This document shows, piece after piece, positions 33,680 through 47,862 of a stretch of DNA of 64,000 nt (position 1 is its first letter; every line of letters starts with the position of its first letter). This stretch comes from Bugula neritina (lineage: Eukaryota > Animalia > Bryozoa). The stretch lies in NCBI GenBank assembly GCA_964035545.1, contig OZ037767.1:15690998-15754997 (forward strand), written 5' to 3'. The notes under the pieces are model-generated. The model saw only the letters and a program-made list of their open reading frames with translations. It made no database searches and had not been told where the DNA came from. Position numbers and translations under genes: made by a program.

Positions 33680-34588
33680 GAGCTGGAAGTTGACAATTCC
33701 ACCCCGCATATCCCCGGGGTACTACATTGTGATCGTGTAAATGCTTGATCTGCAAACGACCAATCTGTGTAACGATCCAGATCTCTCTCTCTCTGTAGCT
33801 GGCCAGCTGTGTGCTGGCCGTCTCCTTTATCTTATTTATATATATGTCGTACGTTTGATATTTCTTTTCTTTTTCTTTGTGGATTTTCCTTACTTATGTC
33901 ATTTTTGCATTATTATACTCTTTTATTTTATCAGAAAGTGGGGCTTTCTGCTGGTGGGGGCGGTGTAATGGGATTACGTAGCATAACAATGGGGTTGTCC
34001 CCATCTGTGTGGAATACTTATAACTATGTTTTACTATCCAATCAGAGGGACCGGAAGGCAAGGTTCCGGTCAAGTGACTGTGCGCGGGTTAGCTAGCAGA
34101 AACCATGTGTTGTTGAGAGCAGGGGCTCGTAGTAGTAACATGTGTTCATAATTGATTGATGTATTGTGGTATTTTGATGTGATGTTATAATTATGTTTAT
34201 CGAGTTAAATAAAGATATCGTACGCAAGCTCTACTAGTAATTGCTAGTTAAATTGAAACTAAATACGCAGGCAATCCACGCTTGATAATTGCGCTAAAAC
34301 TCACAACAATATTAATGTTTATTAAATTCACAACAGCTTATATAGCATAAATGTCAGCGTAACTAAAATATTGTATGAAACATAGATATTATACTGTAAA
34401 CATAAATATAATTGTAAATTTTACCTGCATCAGAAAGAAATTACGTTCTTTGTCAGAAAACTCAATCAATAAGTTATTATTCTTTGTCAGAAAACTCATT
34501 CAATAAATTATTATTTGTGTGATAACTTACTAAATTAAAATTGGGGTATAGTATCGTTGGTAAAAGAACCAACAGGTTGTTTAAACAT

Positions 34589-37429
34589 TTAAAATATATA
34601 ATTTAAAGATGTGTAACAGTAGAAACCTGGAGTAGTAATGAAACTAGTATTGCTGACCTCATTATGAATATAACAGAAGTTGTCTACACTATTAAATGAA
34701 AAGTAAACACAAAGGTCGCCATATTTAAACCAGACATAAGCACAAGATTCAGCTCCATTCACCTGTAACTTTTGTATAATAGACTGACTACACTGACTCT
34801 CACTAACTCTCTGATATTGAGAATATTTCTTTGTGAAATAAAATGTTTTCAGGCTTTGACTGTAGAGTATGAGAGAATCACGTGCTACAGTATACTGACT
34901 CAGTTTAGACTCTGCTTCCAGAGGAAGATTTAAAACTTGTATAGGTGGTATTAGTAGTATCTGACTAGTCTGATTGTAAATTAAATACCGAACTTCACCA
35001 TTGAATAATATTGTTGGTAAATCATTTAACACTCTGAGAACTTCTGAACTGATATTTGACTCACAAGTATAACTATAAATCTCAATTGATGTGCCAAAAT
35101 TATCCTCAATATGCAATTCTACTTTTGCTAAATCACTTTTGCCCTCCACACTGCTAAATCCTTGTGATTTCATCACTGGAAAATCAAAATAATTCAACAT
35201 GTCAGTTACATACCCAGGGTGTCCACTGTACTCATATGCCACAGTGTGAGTTGGATAGATACTAACAATAACAGAGTATACTTCAGTCAGTACACATTTA
35301 ACAACCAGTCTAATAGTCTCAGAGTCATGGTACAGAGAAAGATGTTTTGGGGTGTTCAGCATGATTGCTCGAGGTTCACTAAAGTGTCGAACTTTATCAG
35401 CTAACAAAGGGGATATATACTTGTGGAAGTCCACAATTGCCAATTTTGTAGGTTTGAAAATTAGAGAACAAAGATTTCTGTTGAAATTCAAAGAATTTAA
35501 TGCAATGGTCACCTTCATCAGCCACCAAAATGACAGACTTGTTAAACAGGAAGTGATGTATATTCAGATCAGTGAAGTGAGCATAAACAATATGACTGAT
35601 GGAAGCAAATGAAAGTAAGTTTTGCGTATGCAAACAACCTTGCAGCTGCACACCAGCTACTACTGTACAGTCTCCATAAGTTGTTTTGATGTAGCTGCCA
35701 TTATTTTAGTATAATCAGTTGGATGTTCAATAAAGGACATGATGTCATCAGTTAGTCCTCCAACTTCAATTTTGCCGACATAGCGAATGGGTCTTGGTAC
35801 ACTTTGGCTAGATTCATTCTTTTCTACAGTATATATTTAAACAAAATTCAGCTGTTTGATACATTGTTGAAGTGACTTTGAATCTAAGCATATTTTACGA
35901 TAAAAATCTTATTAAAATACAGGTGTACCTTTTCCAGATATTTTATAGACACTGTTTCTCCAGCCTCCACCACATATCTGACTAGTATTTCCTTTGCAAG
36001 GGTCTTTGCAGCTCGTTTCTTCACCGATTCCATACTTGTCGTACTCACTTCCACAGAAACAAGTGTCATCCGTCTGCAAACCAGCGTAGGGGTGACCTTG
36101 AAATACCAGCAGGGTTGATTAATATTCATGTCAATATTTTATTTGAATAAAAATTATGGTTTAATGAGCATATATATGTACTAGAAAATATATAAGTAGC
36201 AATTTTGCCATTATAACATAGTTACTTTTTCCTAAAATTATAGCAAATATATTATCGCTATATAGTGATAAAGAGCTGTGATTTCTAGTTAATGTGAATA
36301 AAACTTTGATTAATAAAATATTATTTGAGTATTCTTCAATTAATCCTAATATTCATAAATTTTTTTAGGACTATTCAAATAATTGCGTAATTAAATTTTC
36401 TTCTGATAATCCTAATATCATAGCATTTATATAAATAACAAAATGTTTATACTTGCTATTAATTAGGTAAACTTAAGCAAGCAGTTTCTGAACATGTATA
36501 ATATTTACACTTACTGAACAAATATTACAAGCAGCTAATTGCTTGTATACCTAATGTTTCTTTATTGATTTATTTACATTTGTTGAATCAGTTTACAACT
36601 AAGGCGATTATTAATATTAGTTGACTTTATGCTGGCTAACATATTAATTTGATATAATCAATTCACTTTAAATAATTTACTTTAATATGATACTCATAAC
36701 CAATGAAACAACTAGTTAGCCATGTATTTCAAAGTTATGTAGATATTTAATATATATTGCAACATGCAAATTTTCTTAAATATATTATGTGCACACATGC
36801 TAATATATACCAACTCACACAAGTTTATAGTCACCATACCTATGAGAAGATCCCTGATAGAAAGGGTTTTTGTTAAAGCGGGCTTCAGACTTATTCATAT
36901 GAGGCATAGGAGCAATTATGACTGGATGCTCTTCCTAACATCACCACTGGCTTATAATGGGGCTCAAACCCATTACTTTGTGCTTACTTGTAGGCAAACA
37001 CTCTGACCCCTATACCACTATGCTAGATACCGACTGCATGGCACAATTTAAATACTTGTAGCTCAGGTAAAATGTCTAAACTTTAAAGCAAGCACAATTA
37101 TTTTAAGTATAAGTATGTAGCAATCTTATTTCAGGATAATTGCAATTCCTTTGAAGTTTCAGGATATTGTGAGTTACTCCTGAAATGATTGCTAATTTAT
37201 TAGCTCTGCTTTATAGGTTATAATTTCACTATATTGTACAAAGTCAACTTCGTAAATGAATAGAATACTTACCTCTGTATATGCAGTAGCCAATACAAAG
37301 GTCGACTGTCATGTCATTGGAATCATACCTCAACGGTAGAGCTCTGGTTTGGGTGTCCTTGTAACAACCCATGTACACTGAACCATAAACTATAGGAACC
37401 AGTGCTATACACATCAGATATTGATGCAT
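34589..37429 (-). pseudogene. WSC / NHL-like / PAN-apple paralogue B; exons 37429-37273, 36096-35929, 35823-34589; frameshifted
   Basis: Signal peptide + GCYKDTQTRALP..MTVDLCIGYC | HPYAGLQTDDTCFCG..CKGNTSQICGGGWRNSVY. The last exon has an ~16-bp deletion near 35670 and a second frameshift near 35400; ends in AESCAY..CVYFSF..CYIHNE. Confidence 0.82.
36822..37035 (-). mobile_element. tRNA-derived SINE (~200 bp) in intron 1 of WSC paralogue B
   Basis: Reverse complement matches 59145-59348: tRNA-like head, GGAAGAGCATCCAGTCATAA core, tail ..CCCTTT..CAGGG..CTATAAACTTG. Confidence 0.75.
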
Positions 37430-38007
37430 CTTCTAGACAGCTGCTATAGTAATAAAAACAGTTTGTTTTTGTGTTATCCTAGCTAGACGCTTCTCAGTTA
37501 GACGCTACTAATTTATTTTGGTACAATATATATTTTATGTGCAATTTATTTTAATGTTATTGAAATATATATGTATAATTATTCTATATCTATATATTGT
37601 ACTATAAATATTCTTACAAGTATCAACACAAAGATAAAAATGTCTGTTTAACTTACTCTCTATAAGTATCAATAGTGAAAATAATATACTGATTTGGTTA
37701 TTACTCAATTTTTAATAAATAAGAAGTTTTTAATTCACAAATAACTGTGCTGCATTTTCTTGTGGGTCAAATAAATTTGATTGAAATAATACATATTATG
37801 TTCTTTAAAACAATGTCACCTAAAAATCATAATAAAACCATCTGTTATAAATATTATTTATAGATCAGTAATTACACAACCTACAAATATTTATAATAAA
37901 TTTCCAAATAAGCTTCAAATAAACAATATCTTTGATTTTTATTTTATTGAATTGTTGATACACAAATATAATATAGCAATCTACAGTCTGTAATAAATAC
38001 AGACTCT

Positions 38008-38027
38008 GTATATATATAGTAGTTTAT

Positions 38028-38119
<92 letters not shown>
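38008..38119. repeat. (TA)n(TG)n compound microsatellite
   Basis: Directly visible. Confidence 0.97.
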
Positions 38120-38120
<1 letters not shown>

Positions 38121-38603
38121 ATTTCAGAGTCTTTTTAAGAGTTATATGCACACATAGAATAAAGTACAGTCATTTACTAATATACACCCACAAACCATTT
38201 CTGATAATGAAATACTAATTTCACTAAAGTTCAGAGCTTCCCAGCTCTATGTAGTCCTTTAATCAGCTATATACCACATGAAAAATAAAACTGTTCGTAT
38301 TTTGTAATTTAACAAAACAATATTCCACTATAAAATGAATAAAGTTTGTTACTAACTTACTGTTGTAGCATTTACGAAGTGAACTTATTGAAAAAGCTTA
38401 TAACAATGCCCACATACAACAAAAATTTTCATTTATAGATTTTTCCTTATTATTCCCATGTTGAAAATTTTGTTCTTACAGTTTAAAGTGCCGGCAACTT
38501 AAGAGATGTACTTATAATATTTACTTTGCAATTATTAAGTAACATGAAGTGTGTTATATAGCAGCAAGATCGTCGGATATAGAAAATTGGTAAAGTATAT
38601 GTA

Positions 38604-41169
38604 CACAGTTGGTTTAAGGTCATACTTTTCATTTTCTGGCTCTTTGCCAGGTGCTTTATGTTCTATATGAACAATGTTCCACTGATAGCTCGAACAGGTT
38701 GAATGTCACAAGAACAAAAAAAATATGAAAAGATAAAGAAACTTATGTTCTCCAATATACTTTTTTATTTTTTTCAAAAGCCAATTCATGTTTAAGTTAT
38801 AGCTTGTTGAAAAACATAGTCCCCCTTCCACATTCTTTTCAATTTATACGCTCCTGACTTGTTATTGTGTCTCAATATGCCTTGTATTTGAGTGCTTGTT
38901 AGTCTCGCTTCACTAACTTTGCCTATACTTCACAAGTGCCAGTGCTGCTCGCTCAAAAGCTAAATGCTATAAACTGATCAGCTAAAACCCAATCTTGTAT
39001 TCCTAGGTTGGTTGGCCTAAACAAAACGATAGTCAAATCATGATTTCATGTTTTAAAAATTTACTCTATTCTAACCTGCTGCCTAGCTAGTTCTATTTTT
39101 GATGTATAATTACAAAATTTGTGATACATTTTTTTGGCAACCATGTGATTTATAAAATGCAGTAATGGTACTTATAATATTATATTATTATCATTATAAT
39201 ATATTATATAGTATTATGTGTGTTTTTATTATACTGCATAATATCTATTTTATTATTGTTGTTGTGCAAACAAGTGCAATTAACCTAGTTTTCAAAATGT
39301 ACCTCTAAATTATCAGAATGTCAGTTTAGATATTTTCATGCTTTGTAAGGTAAACCTAAAAAAAGAGGCTGTATTCCCAAAGTAAAGGGTGTTGAACTAT
39401 GAACTATATTAGATTAGCCACTCTGCTACCAAGTGCATCAGTATAATATTATATGAATAGCTCTGATGCTTTGTCTCCGGTGACTGGCTGCGATATGATA
39501 ACTTGGCCAACTTCCAAGAGTTTAAAATTGGCGCAATTATTCAAGAGGTTACATACTGCACAAAGCTAGCAGTGATAGTAACCTTGCTATTGGCAGTACT
39601 TATTACAACTGCCAGCATATAAGCTGCATTGTAGAATGCCGTTGGGGTAGGCTAGTAAAACCAAATTCTGCTCTCTAATATACCTTAGACACAATGCAGC
39701 AACATAATTGTTCATTTCAAATTACATTGACACCCTTACATGAGCTGTGGGCTTCATAAAGATTCATATGATTAGAGATTTATGCTATAGGCTAGCTATT
39801 ATGAAAATAACACACCATTGTCAAAGTTAACTTCAAGTATGTTGTTTTCCAGAAACTCAGTAATGTCCATTTATCTCTCGCATACAAATACTTATGTAAT
39901 AGCATACAGTTTAAGTTTTATTTTAGAGCACATCTGCAAACTCTACAATAAGAGCTTGCTTTACCAGTCTATTTCAGACCTGTTTTTGTAGCTAGTAATA
40001 CGCAAGCTACTTATTTTTAAACTTTTGGGTTATTTGTTCAAAACCATTAGCTTTGCTAGTAACCCGAGACTATTGCAACAGTTGACTGCTATCAACATGA
40101 ATTGACAGCTTAATAATTATAACCCATTTGCGCGCCGAAATATTTATGTAATGATAGTCACTCATATAGTGCGCATCTTATTAACGATGATTGCGTGGTC
40201 CAGAGGTTAGTGGCGTCAGCGACGAGTTGGTTGGTCATGGTTCAACCCTGTTTTGTTGCATTTTTTTTTTGTCAACTTATGCAAATCCTACGCATGTATA
40301 ATAAATATGGCTATAATTGTAAAGTTTTTTTTTAACTTTTGTTCAACAGTAAGACAACATACATGCATAATAATTAGATACTGAACACTGGACTAAACCT
40401 TAAATTGATCTTATAGAATACAATGTACTTAAAATAATCATGTGAATTAGAGAAACTGAAAGTACACCTGCTGTGCTATAGACAGACCTTTACTGACAAG
40501 ACTGCAAAGTGAAGTGATTTAGCTGAAATTAACTCTGCCAAACAAACAAAGAATTATGTTGTGCTGAGGCATTTTCAATATATTATTGTAACATAGTGAG
40601 ATGATTCAGCTAAGTGCTAATGTAAAACAGGGAACATTATATTGGCAGAAATCCAATAGATTGCCAATTTGTGCGAGAGTGTACTATATGTTATTGTGAT
40701 AGCGCGCAGAGCGGCAAACGTACAAGGAATGCTATAATTAGTCACAGGAGCGTAGCTAGAACCACCATATGAAGAATTTAGAAAATTGCAGTGAAACTTG
40801 CAAAATGGTGTATGTTTTTACCAAATTGTGAAGAGCATAAACAGAATTTCAAAAAACAAAGAAAGTATATTAGAGAAAACATATCAAGGAATGTCAAGTT
40901 TAACTTTTAGACTTTATAAAATGAATCCCCTGTGCTACAGCAGTGGAACATGGAGGGTGTAAAATTTTACTTATTATGCAACAACTTTCTCAGAAAATTT
41001 TTTGTTGAAAAATTAAAAAAGTATATGAAAGAGGAATGCAAGAGCTATCTTTTCATGTAAAATTTGTTAATGTGAGACAAAAACTGTTCGAGCTATCCCC
41101 TGGAAACCGTTTATATATAACATAAAGCAGTGCCTGAATCTGGAAAGTAATGACCTTAAACCAACTGTG
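38604..41169 (+). mobile_element. Complete non-autonomous CACAG DNA transposon, copy E3 (2566 bp)
   Basis: Perfect 20-bp TIRs, TA TSD; empty site in the paralogous segment near 6045. Confidence 0.95.
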
Positions 41170-42610
41170 TATTATTTATAATAAATAAATACAGAATACA
41201 AAGATAATTCATGCTATTATAGTGTCATAAAAAGTATGAAAAATCTATATTCATGCTAATAGTGACAGTAAACATTTGAATGTCTGATAATTTTTAACTT
41301 TGTCAAATATTTCATGCTATTATAGATGATGAAATGTTGGTATCTTGTTTCATTAAGATTCTCTTGATGTTATAATAAAGTTGTTGTGTAACTGAGAGTG
41401 GGCGAATAATTTCAATGCATCTTGTCATAATAGATACACCAATTATTGAAAAACAACTATAAAAGTAATATCTTTACGTATAATCTTTGTTTCAACATTA
41501 ACCTAAAAAGATGTAAATAGTCAATATTTATATTATTTTATTTTATTTATATTATTTTATATATGTCAATGTTAGAACACCAATATAATAATAATTATAT
41601 TGATAATCATAATAATATGTTTTGCTTATAAGCACCACCTATATAGCAAAAATATAAAATTGCCATCTTAAAGCAGCATACCCATACAATGTAGCACAAT
41701 TTATCCCGATTCATTCTAAATTATAGACAGATCTAATAAACAAATACTAGTATATGCGAGTTGTTGATATGTTACATAAAGTAACATATTATTAAAAACA
41801 TCAAAATATATCATTCATTATAACACATGTTGACGAAAATTAATTTAAGAAAATGTCTATAAAAAATTATTTCGCTACAAAAAGTTGTTTAAACTATTAT
41901 CTAAAGTAAAGTTTAAAACTAATTATACAATTTATAATTGTGCGGCCTAAAGTGTGCAGTATATATTAGGTGTGGGATGTTTGCAATTTGTAATCAATTA
42001 TATTTACTTTGCGATTCATTAATAATATGATTTATTTTTCCAAACAAGCTGTATCCTTATATTTGAAAATAGATTCATAAAATAAATATATAGTCTAAGC
42101 CTTTTAGGATAAGGTTAGACTAGATTTGCAATTTCACAGGCAAACCAAGTTGTGTATCTTACATATGTGCAAACTAATTAAAGTATTTTGCATTCCAAAA
42201 TAAATCTCTACCCTAGAAATAAAAGTTATTACAAACTCAAAGCCAATTTACTGCATAGTTAAAGGCTGAACTGGCTAGACATAGTAATAATGAAATATTG
42301 CCAGCTAAGGCTTGGTAAGATATGCTTTGCTTCGGTTAGCTTCGTAAGATCTAAAATACGAAAAACATGTTCAATAACTTTAAAAATTTTCAAAGGTCAA
42401 TTTCAATATAGTTTATTATATCTGTTTTTATATCTAAACTAAAAAGTTATGTTTTGACTTACATTGTGAATATTTTATATTTTTATATTTTGCTTTAATT
42501 TTATCTATTCAAAACTTTTTATTATAGATTTTATTTTTTTTTAAATACTTGCGTCTGTTAGTTCAAACTTTTTTTTACAAAACATTGACTAATTTAGTTG
42601 TATAATTTAA

Positions 42611-45440
42611 GTGCTGCTGCAACTCTGGCTGTGTTGGCATCTGGTGTACACTCTCAACCAGCTGTTTAGTTGTTACAAGGACTGTGTTGAATACAACAAA
42701 CATGGTGAAGCAGAGGAAACTGAGTGTCGTAGAGCATGCAGAGGGAACAGTAGTCAAATGTGTGGTGGAACATGGAGGAACAGTATCTACAAGACTTTCC
42801 CAGGTAATGTGATTGGTTTATAAACAGTTGTCCTTCAAATTAATTGTTATTGTTTCTATGTATAATAAACTATGATATACTGATTATTCATCTATATATA
42901 ATATATAAATCAATTATTCTTATAGATATTATATTGTAAGTGATAGGACCAATGTTAGGGAGCCAGTTTAATAGAACCAGTACTATGGGACCAGCTTGTT
43001 ATAAGACCAGTATTGTAGTTCCAACACTGTAGGACCAGTTTATTATGTTATATAGGACCATGCAGTAATGTAGGGCTATAAGTAATATAGGACCAGCTTA
43101 CTATAGGCCTATTGTAGGTAATATAGGATCAGTATATTATAGGACCAGTATTATGGGACCAGCTTATTTTAAGAAGACCGGTATTATATAGGACTAGTAA
43201 TAAAGGAGGGGTTTAATAGGACCGGCTTTATAAGAACAGTAATATAGGACGGCTGTTATATAAAGCCAGTAATATAAGACTGGTGTTATATAAAACCAGT
43301 ATCAATGGACAAGCATATATAATGTATTCTAAAGGCAGTTATAATATATTTGTTCCTGCCATGCAAGTTAAATTCACAAACTGTGTAACTATAAAATTTT
43401 ACAGTTTAGATCATAGACTTGTAATCAGAGCATGTTACTATAATATTATAGAAGAAATTTGCTATTTCACTTCCTTTGAAAACGACCTGAACTAACAAAG
43501 CTGACAGCATAAAAGTGATAATTGGGAAAGCGTTGACAATATAAATATAAACCTATTGGAATGTCATCTATAGTCGCTCAAGTCATAACTAAATAATGAT
43601 GTTTACAAAGAGTTATTAATCCTTTTGATTGTTATTTTGAACTCGGCCGATTAAGTTTTTTTACGAGTGACTTTCATAATGCAATGCAACTTGAAGAAAT
43701 TTTAACTCTGCAACATTGAATTTCTGACTAGAAATTGTTAAAGTATAAAAAAAACTTAACTCATACAATACCTACCGCAGTCCATATAAGGTACCGCAAT
43801 TTAAATTAAATATTCTATATTGCAAAAGTGCTATCAAGGAAATGTTTATTGTTACAGTTTTTTAAAAATCAAATAAACTCATTTTCTCACGTTCGAAAGT
43901 TGCCATTTTGCTAAGAATGTAGTTATTGCATTATATAAGCGCTTTGTAGATATGATAAATATTGTTCGTTTACATTAGAGGCCAAAATGTTGGACTTGCA
44001 TGAAATCAAACAAGTTTTAAAATAATAAAACAAATTTGAACATACCATAGTACAATATTTAACACATAATTATAATTTAATTATTGAATTTGATCTTTGT
44101 CAAACAAGCCCTAAGCTAATTCATGTAGCGCTAATCAATATTCAAGTCATATATAATGTCTGTTTAAAGTATTATAAAAGTATTCAAAAAGATGAAGTTT
44201 CAACAAACTAACAAAACTTTTGGAGAATTACAGCAATACTGGATAAAATTCTTCAATTTGGTTTTTACATGAACAGTTTCATAAATTGCTAAATTGTTGA
44301 ATGGATGTTTTACTATATTATTATATATGAGTTAAACAGCAATTTTCTGTTATAAATGCCGTATTGGTAATATGTTAGTCATAATTGCCCTTGTGCCCTG
44401 ATTATAAAAAGCAAATATTTAGTCCGTTTAAAAAACCTTTCCATCAGTAGTTCTTACAGATATATAAAATCTACCTGAGTTTTATACAATGTGTACCTAT
44501 TTGTAGGTCAAAGGTTAATAATTGATTCAGCAGACGGTCCAATCAACACTCCTTACCAGGCCACTAGTCACACTGAGGTCAAGAAAATGACTAACCATTA
44601 CATCATATCCTTTATTGAACATCCAACTGATTCTACTAAAATAATAACAGCTACATCAAAACAGCTTGTAGAGATCAATCACCATGGAAACTGTACAGTA
44701 GTAGCTGGTGTGCAGCTACAAGGTTGTGCTTATTTGCAAAATTCCTACACATTCACCTTAATTAGTCATATTATATTTGCCAACCTGTCAAAATTCAACC
44801 TTTTACAATCTCACAAGAAACAGTTTATTTGTGTAGCCGACCAATCAGAGCACTGTATAAAAGCAGTAAATCTTGATGACCTACTAAATGTAAACTATGC
44901 TATGATTGGTCAATGCGGTGAAGCAGGTACTCTCATTGCATTTCAAACATACTCTCGCATCTCTGATATTAGACTTGATTCACCAACTCACATGGCAATT
45001 TTATACTTTGCAGACGTCACACTGCTAATCATAAATTGTGTGAAAAACAATAATGTCTACTCCGTAATTTTAAACATCTATCCCTCATATTGTGTTATAC
45101 ATGGGTACTACGGTGTTCAGTTTGGTTTTATAACTGGCTTTGCCAACAACTTTCATTATCCAACAGCTCATTCATTTGGAGTTGTTTCACTTACGGGTGA
45201 AATTAAAACATGTGAAGCTAAATCTCTAGTTCACAAAAACACCAACACTGTCAGCTTTGAGTGGAGCAACAATTGCATACCTAAATTGTTGTGGATAGAC
45301 AACAGCTGTTTGTAAACAAAGGAAAACTGAAAAGATTCAAAGTGAGTGGCAGCAATGTTGGACTAGTAGATGTTGTGGTGACTGGTCTGAACACTGACCT
45401 TGACCTCATATCCGCCACATCATCTGAGAGTAATTCAGTA
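42611..45440 (+). pseudogene. WSC-family paralogue C: WSC core deleted, frameshift ~45282, 3'-truncated
   Basis: Exon 1 and exon 2 are fused by deletion (..CYKD|CVEYNKHG..), donor at 42804. The large exon from ~44508 has NHL-like ICVADQSEHCIK..IGQCGEAG..LDSPTHMAI. Homology to paralogue A stops at ~45440, before the PAN-like domain. Confidence 0.8.
42942..43300 (+). repeat. Degenerate minisatellite with a TAGGACCAG core, ~14-22-bp spacing
   Basis: Recurrent (T)ATAGGACCAGT motif. Confidence 0.85.
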
Positions 45441-47717
45441 TATATTTTCCTAGAATGTTGTTTAGCAGCATAAAAAAACTGCCTATGCACAACATACTTT
45501 GCATCTGTTTAGTATCTCGTAATTAGACATAAAAAAGTCAAAGCCAATTATAAGGCAAAAGACCATAATACTGTACTATCATTGGATAGTTCTTCATCAA
45601 TAAACAGGTAGTCGCCAGTGGTGGATATGAACCCCTCCTAGATGTTTCTCGTACTTCTTCCTCAAAAAACATTTTCATTAAGCCAAAGAGAAATAATAAT
45701 ACACTTTTTTAGTTGACACTTTTTAATTTCTGACTGATATTTCACCTTATTTCCAATTATAATTAACTTTTAAACGGCACTTTTCTTTGTAGTAATTCCT
45801 ACCCTTTAGACTGTGTACTTTGAAATGAGTCTGTTTTACTCGTTACATAAAGTATAGTTGCACTGGCTACAGGTTGACACAAAAGCAAGCCTATCTTGAT
45901 AAAATCATGCGCAAATGTAGAAACTACCGAGGAGTTTGTTCCTCATAATTAGAAATTGACAAATTATTTTTTAATCCGTTTAAAAGCATCTGGTTAGGGA
46001 AGCATATGCCGTGTTCAATTTGTTATTCTAGCATTAACAATAACAGAATGCAATAATTATAAGTTTATGAAAGTAATTTGTTTTCTTTCTAATTACAAAT
46101 ATAATACTTTAGTATATATTATTGTAAATTTATAAGGCTTGCATTAGGAATAACGCAGCTAAAACATCATTTTCCTTAAAGTCTTAAAAATATATAAGTA
46201 TAACATAATACACTATGCCAATAAACTTATTAAAGTACCAAGCAAGTTTAGCTAGTTTAAGAAAAATTACACTAGGTAAATTACCATTATTTATAGAATG
46301 CTTGCTGATATTAGCTTTTGATGTAATTAAAGTAAATTATTATTTATCTTTCTAGCTAAGGATTTCTTGCGGTAAGTTTTGCTTTTATGCATGGAGAAAT
46401 GTCGTAACAAACGAGTTAAATTTTTATAGCACATAAAAATGTAATCTATAAGTCGAAGATATTTAAACTTAGCCATTAACTCATTTTAATTATAAATGTC
46501 TTGCAATGTAGCCTAAATCTAATACAATACAAAATATATACCAGTATATATAATATATTTTTACCATATGCTGTTAATTACAGTATTTGTAAAACAAATT
46601 TTATGCTCATTAATTAAATGCAACAAATAAAATTATAAAATACTAATAATGTTGAATAAATAAATTCAATAATTCCTTTTCTATTTAAATGGCTGCATAA
46701 TTTCTTGCAAGGTTGTATAAAGGAGTTGTGGCCTACAACTTATTATGTGTTCAATTGCCACATATGTCTTAGGAAGAAGAAAACTCCCCAAAAATTCTTA
46801 GTTTGAAAATTCTAGTATAATTAAAATCACTTAATATATGTCTTTGAAATGCATTTTGCCACTCTGCAAAATTGCAGGAACAAATATTGCATGAAGTAAT
46901 AAATGATTTATGAAGTAATTAACAAACCAATGTAAAAACTGTTGTTGTATATAGAACACAACATATTGATTTTCTTCAATTTCCACATCAAATCTATATA
47001 TTCATTTATATCTAACCAATGCTAATAAACTAAACATGCATGCATACAAATATTTGCATCATATGCAAGTAATATTAGCTAATTAGCAACTATAGCATTT
47101 TTTTCATTATCTTTATTGCTTGCATATGTCTGAGTATTATTAAAATAAGGTTTTTATTTGCAACTTTGCACCACAAATTACATAAAATCTAAAAACTTGA
47201 GTTGTGACATAGGGCTACCTATACACAAATAGACCTTCATAAAACTCTCCAATTACTATTTATTGGCATCAGCATATAAAAAGTAAGATCATTAGGAATA
47301 ATTATCATGAGGTATGATCTATGATTTGCATTATCCATATATAGTTTAATATCAATATGATATATTATTATTGCTGATAGTCTATGTTATAGTTAAATTT
47401 ATACTTATCTTTACAGTTACCTATAGTAGCACTTATTAGTTATTTGTGGTAGCCAAACTAATGTTTAATATTAATAAATTAAACTGAGTATCATAAAAGT
47501 GTTACTAAAAATTTTAATTATAATCGTAATGGTGATCATATTACTTTATTATAATTATTATATTTTATCATTAATGCTAAACTGAGTTAATGTATATACT
47601 TTGAGTTTTACTATTACTCATTATATTTACACTTATAGTAAAACTAAATATGTAAAAGTTATACTTATACTATTATTATTCGTATTTCATTAGACTTACA
47701 TCTAAGATCGCAGTCCT

Positions 47718-47862
47718 ATTACTACTACCACTGATACTAGTACTACAACTAGTACTAGTACTGCTACTAGTACTAGTACTACTACTACTACTACTAATAG
47801 TACTGTTACTACTACTACTACTACTAGTACTACTACTAGGTCTACTACTGTACTAGTACAAC
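47718..47862. repeat. (TAC)n/(TAG)n trinucleotide microsatellite
   Basis: Directly visible. Confidence 0.92.

Larger units (their letters stand above)
29115..34308 (+). mobile_element. Non-autonomous / internally deleted Gypsy element 2 (5.2 kb), related to element 1
   Basis: LTRs 29115-29460 and 33964-34308, ATAT TSD, tRNA-Leu PBS (~29462-29480), same GCTTTCTGCTGGTGGGGGCGG pre-LTR/PPT. Homologous gag, protease and integrase termini; RT, RNase H and the integrase core are absent. Confidence 0.95.
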
